Part shown: positions 62,441 to 63,136 of the stretch, piece after piece
Layout of the letters: each line of letters begins with the position of its first letter
How positions within the stretch are numbered: the stretch's first letter is position 1
Origin: Candidatus Levyibacteriota bacterium
GTDB taxonomy: Bacteria; Patescibacteriota; Microgenomatia; Levybacterales; UBA12049
Assembly (NCBI GenBank): GCA_038254115.1
Contig: JBBSGK010000005.1
Coordinates: 1 to 63,136 of the forward strand
DNA length: 63,136 nt
Direction: 5' to 3'
Notes under the pieces: generated by a model
Databases searched by the model: none
What the model saw: only the letters and a program-made list of their open reading frames with translations
What the model was told of the DNA's origin: nothing
Made by a program: the position numbers and the translations under genes

Positions 62441-62941
62441 ATGCTTGATTCTCCGGATTTATTTGATAAGTATCTTAATAAAGCATTTCATTTCCTTTCT
62501 TTCAGGGCCCGTTCTGAAAAAGAAGTCCGGGATAATTTGCTGAAAAAGAAAGCACCTGAGGAAATAATTGAAAGAGTTATCAACTCCCTTAAGGAGAATA
62601 GGTTCTTAAATGATGAAGATTTTGCAAAACTCTTTATAGAGCAGCGATTACGCTTTCGTCCCAAAGGAATGCGGATTATCAAAATGGAACTGAAACAAAA
62701 AGGAATAGATCAGGAAATAATTGATGAAGCGATTAGCAAAGCATCAATAGACGATGAAAGTAACCCTGTAAATAATGATTTGGATTCAGCGAAAAAGCTG
62801 GTTGAGAAAAAATTGCCCCGTTATAAAGATATGGAGAAACAAATTATTTATCAAAAACTTGGAGCTTTTCTTGCGAGACGCGGATTTAACTGGGATACTA
62901 TCAAGAAAAGCATTGACGATGCTTTGGATGATGAGGTATAA
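62441..62941 (+). CDS. recX: Regulatory protein RecX
   Basis: A 166-aa helical-repeat protein next to recA, with a FLSFRARSEKEVRDNLLKK pattern. An extended -10 (TGATATAAT, 62426-62434) ends 6 nt before the ATG. Confidence 0.88.
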   Translation: MLDSPDLFDKYLNKAFHFLSFRARSEKEVRDNLLKKKAPEEIIERVINSLKENRFLNDEDFAKLFIEQRLRFRPKGMRIIKMELKQKGIDQEIIDEAISKASIDDESNPVNNDLDSAKKLVEKKLPRYKDMEKQIIYQKLGAFLARRGFNWDTIKKSIDDALDDEV

Positions 62942-63038
62942 TGCAGATGATAATGGCAACAGAGAAATTTATTATCTTCACTAAGACAGTATAAGGAAGC
63001 AGTAAGCGCTCCCAATCTCTTCTTGCCGCAAAAACTAT

Positions 63039-63136
63039 ATGTCAGATACAGCAACACCAAAAGACTTAATTGAGCTTGAAAAAAAGCTTATTGAGAGGCA
63101 GGAAAGACTCGATAACAAACAGGAAGAGGTAGATAA
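63039..63136 (+). CDS. 5' end of a CDS (partial; MSDTATPKDLIELEKKLIERQERLDNKQEEVD...)
   Basis: The frame is open to the window edge and looks like a coiled coil. Its identity is unknown. Confidence 0.3.
   Translation, partial: MSDTATPKDLIELEKKLIERQERLDNKQEEVD

Overview
A 63.1-kb stretch of a low-GC, densely coded bacterial chromosome, mostly on the + strand, with standard stop codon usage. The gene content suggests a reduced Patescibacteria/CPR-like genome, which is an inference from content and not a search result. The evidence is NrdR plus a class II (B12) ribonucleotide reductase, an archaeal-type ATP-dependent DNA ligase and UMP kinase, a stand-alone 5'-3' exonuclease, cohesin-like and Gly/Ser-rich surface proteins, a lone T4SS coupling-protein-like ATPase, many orphan proteins, and almost no biosynthesis genes. 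Blocks in order: (1) a CaCA exchanger and a membrane-bound sugar-dehydrogenase-like beta-propeller. (2) A small XRE regulator with three copies of a 20-bp palindromic operator, next to an extracytoplasmic thiol/methionine-sulfoxide repair cluster (two thioredoxin-fold proteins, a CcdA-thioredoxin DipZ-like fusion, anchored MsrA, a glutaredoxin-like protein). (3) gap and kinase-like housekeeping genes. (4) nrdR, an unknown gene and nrdJ, followed by two cobalamin riboswitches. The first gates a DUF4430-like / membrane protein / PduO adenosyltransferase trio. The second gates an orphan 434-aa protein plus small zinc-ribbon operon, which is my best candidate for something undescribed. (5) A Pro-rich membrane protein plus a TraD/VirD4-like ATPase. 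(6) tRNA-Ile(UAU), NUDIX, XerC/D-like recombinase, FtsB-like protein, and two GIY-YIG genes. (7) A ~6.7-kb AT-rich integrated element ending in a large serine recombinase. Its ORF runs into the antisense of a tRNA-like sequence, and the element is bracketed by an 11-bp direct repeat. (8) tRNA(CAU), murI and murD, then a methyltransferase-like / HD-GYP-like gene pair inserted upstream of ftsH, with a ~60-bp duplicated junction that includes the start codon. (9) Repair and housekeeping genes: 5'-3' exonuclease, GT4, mutM, pyrH-like, recF, nnrD, DedA, Fic, ligase, MgtA-like ATPase, GT2, uvrD/pcrA, tpiA, LCP, tRNA-Pro, recA, an acyltransferase broken by one in-frame TAG, and recX. No rRNA genes or CRISPR arrays were seen. 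Recurring sequence-level oddities are -10 boxes placed 6 nt upstream of ATG (probable leaderless mRNAs, enriched at orphan genes) and short nucleotide repeats inserted in-frame in conserved genes.
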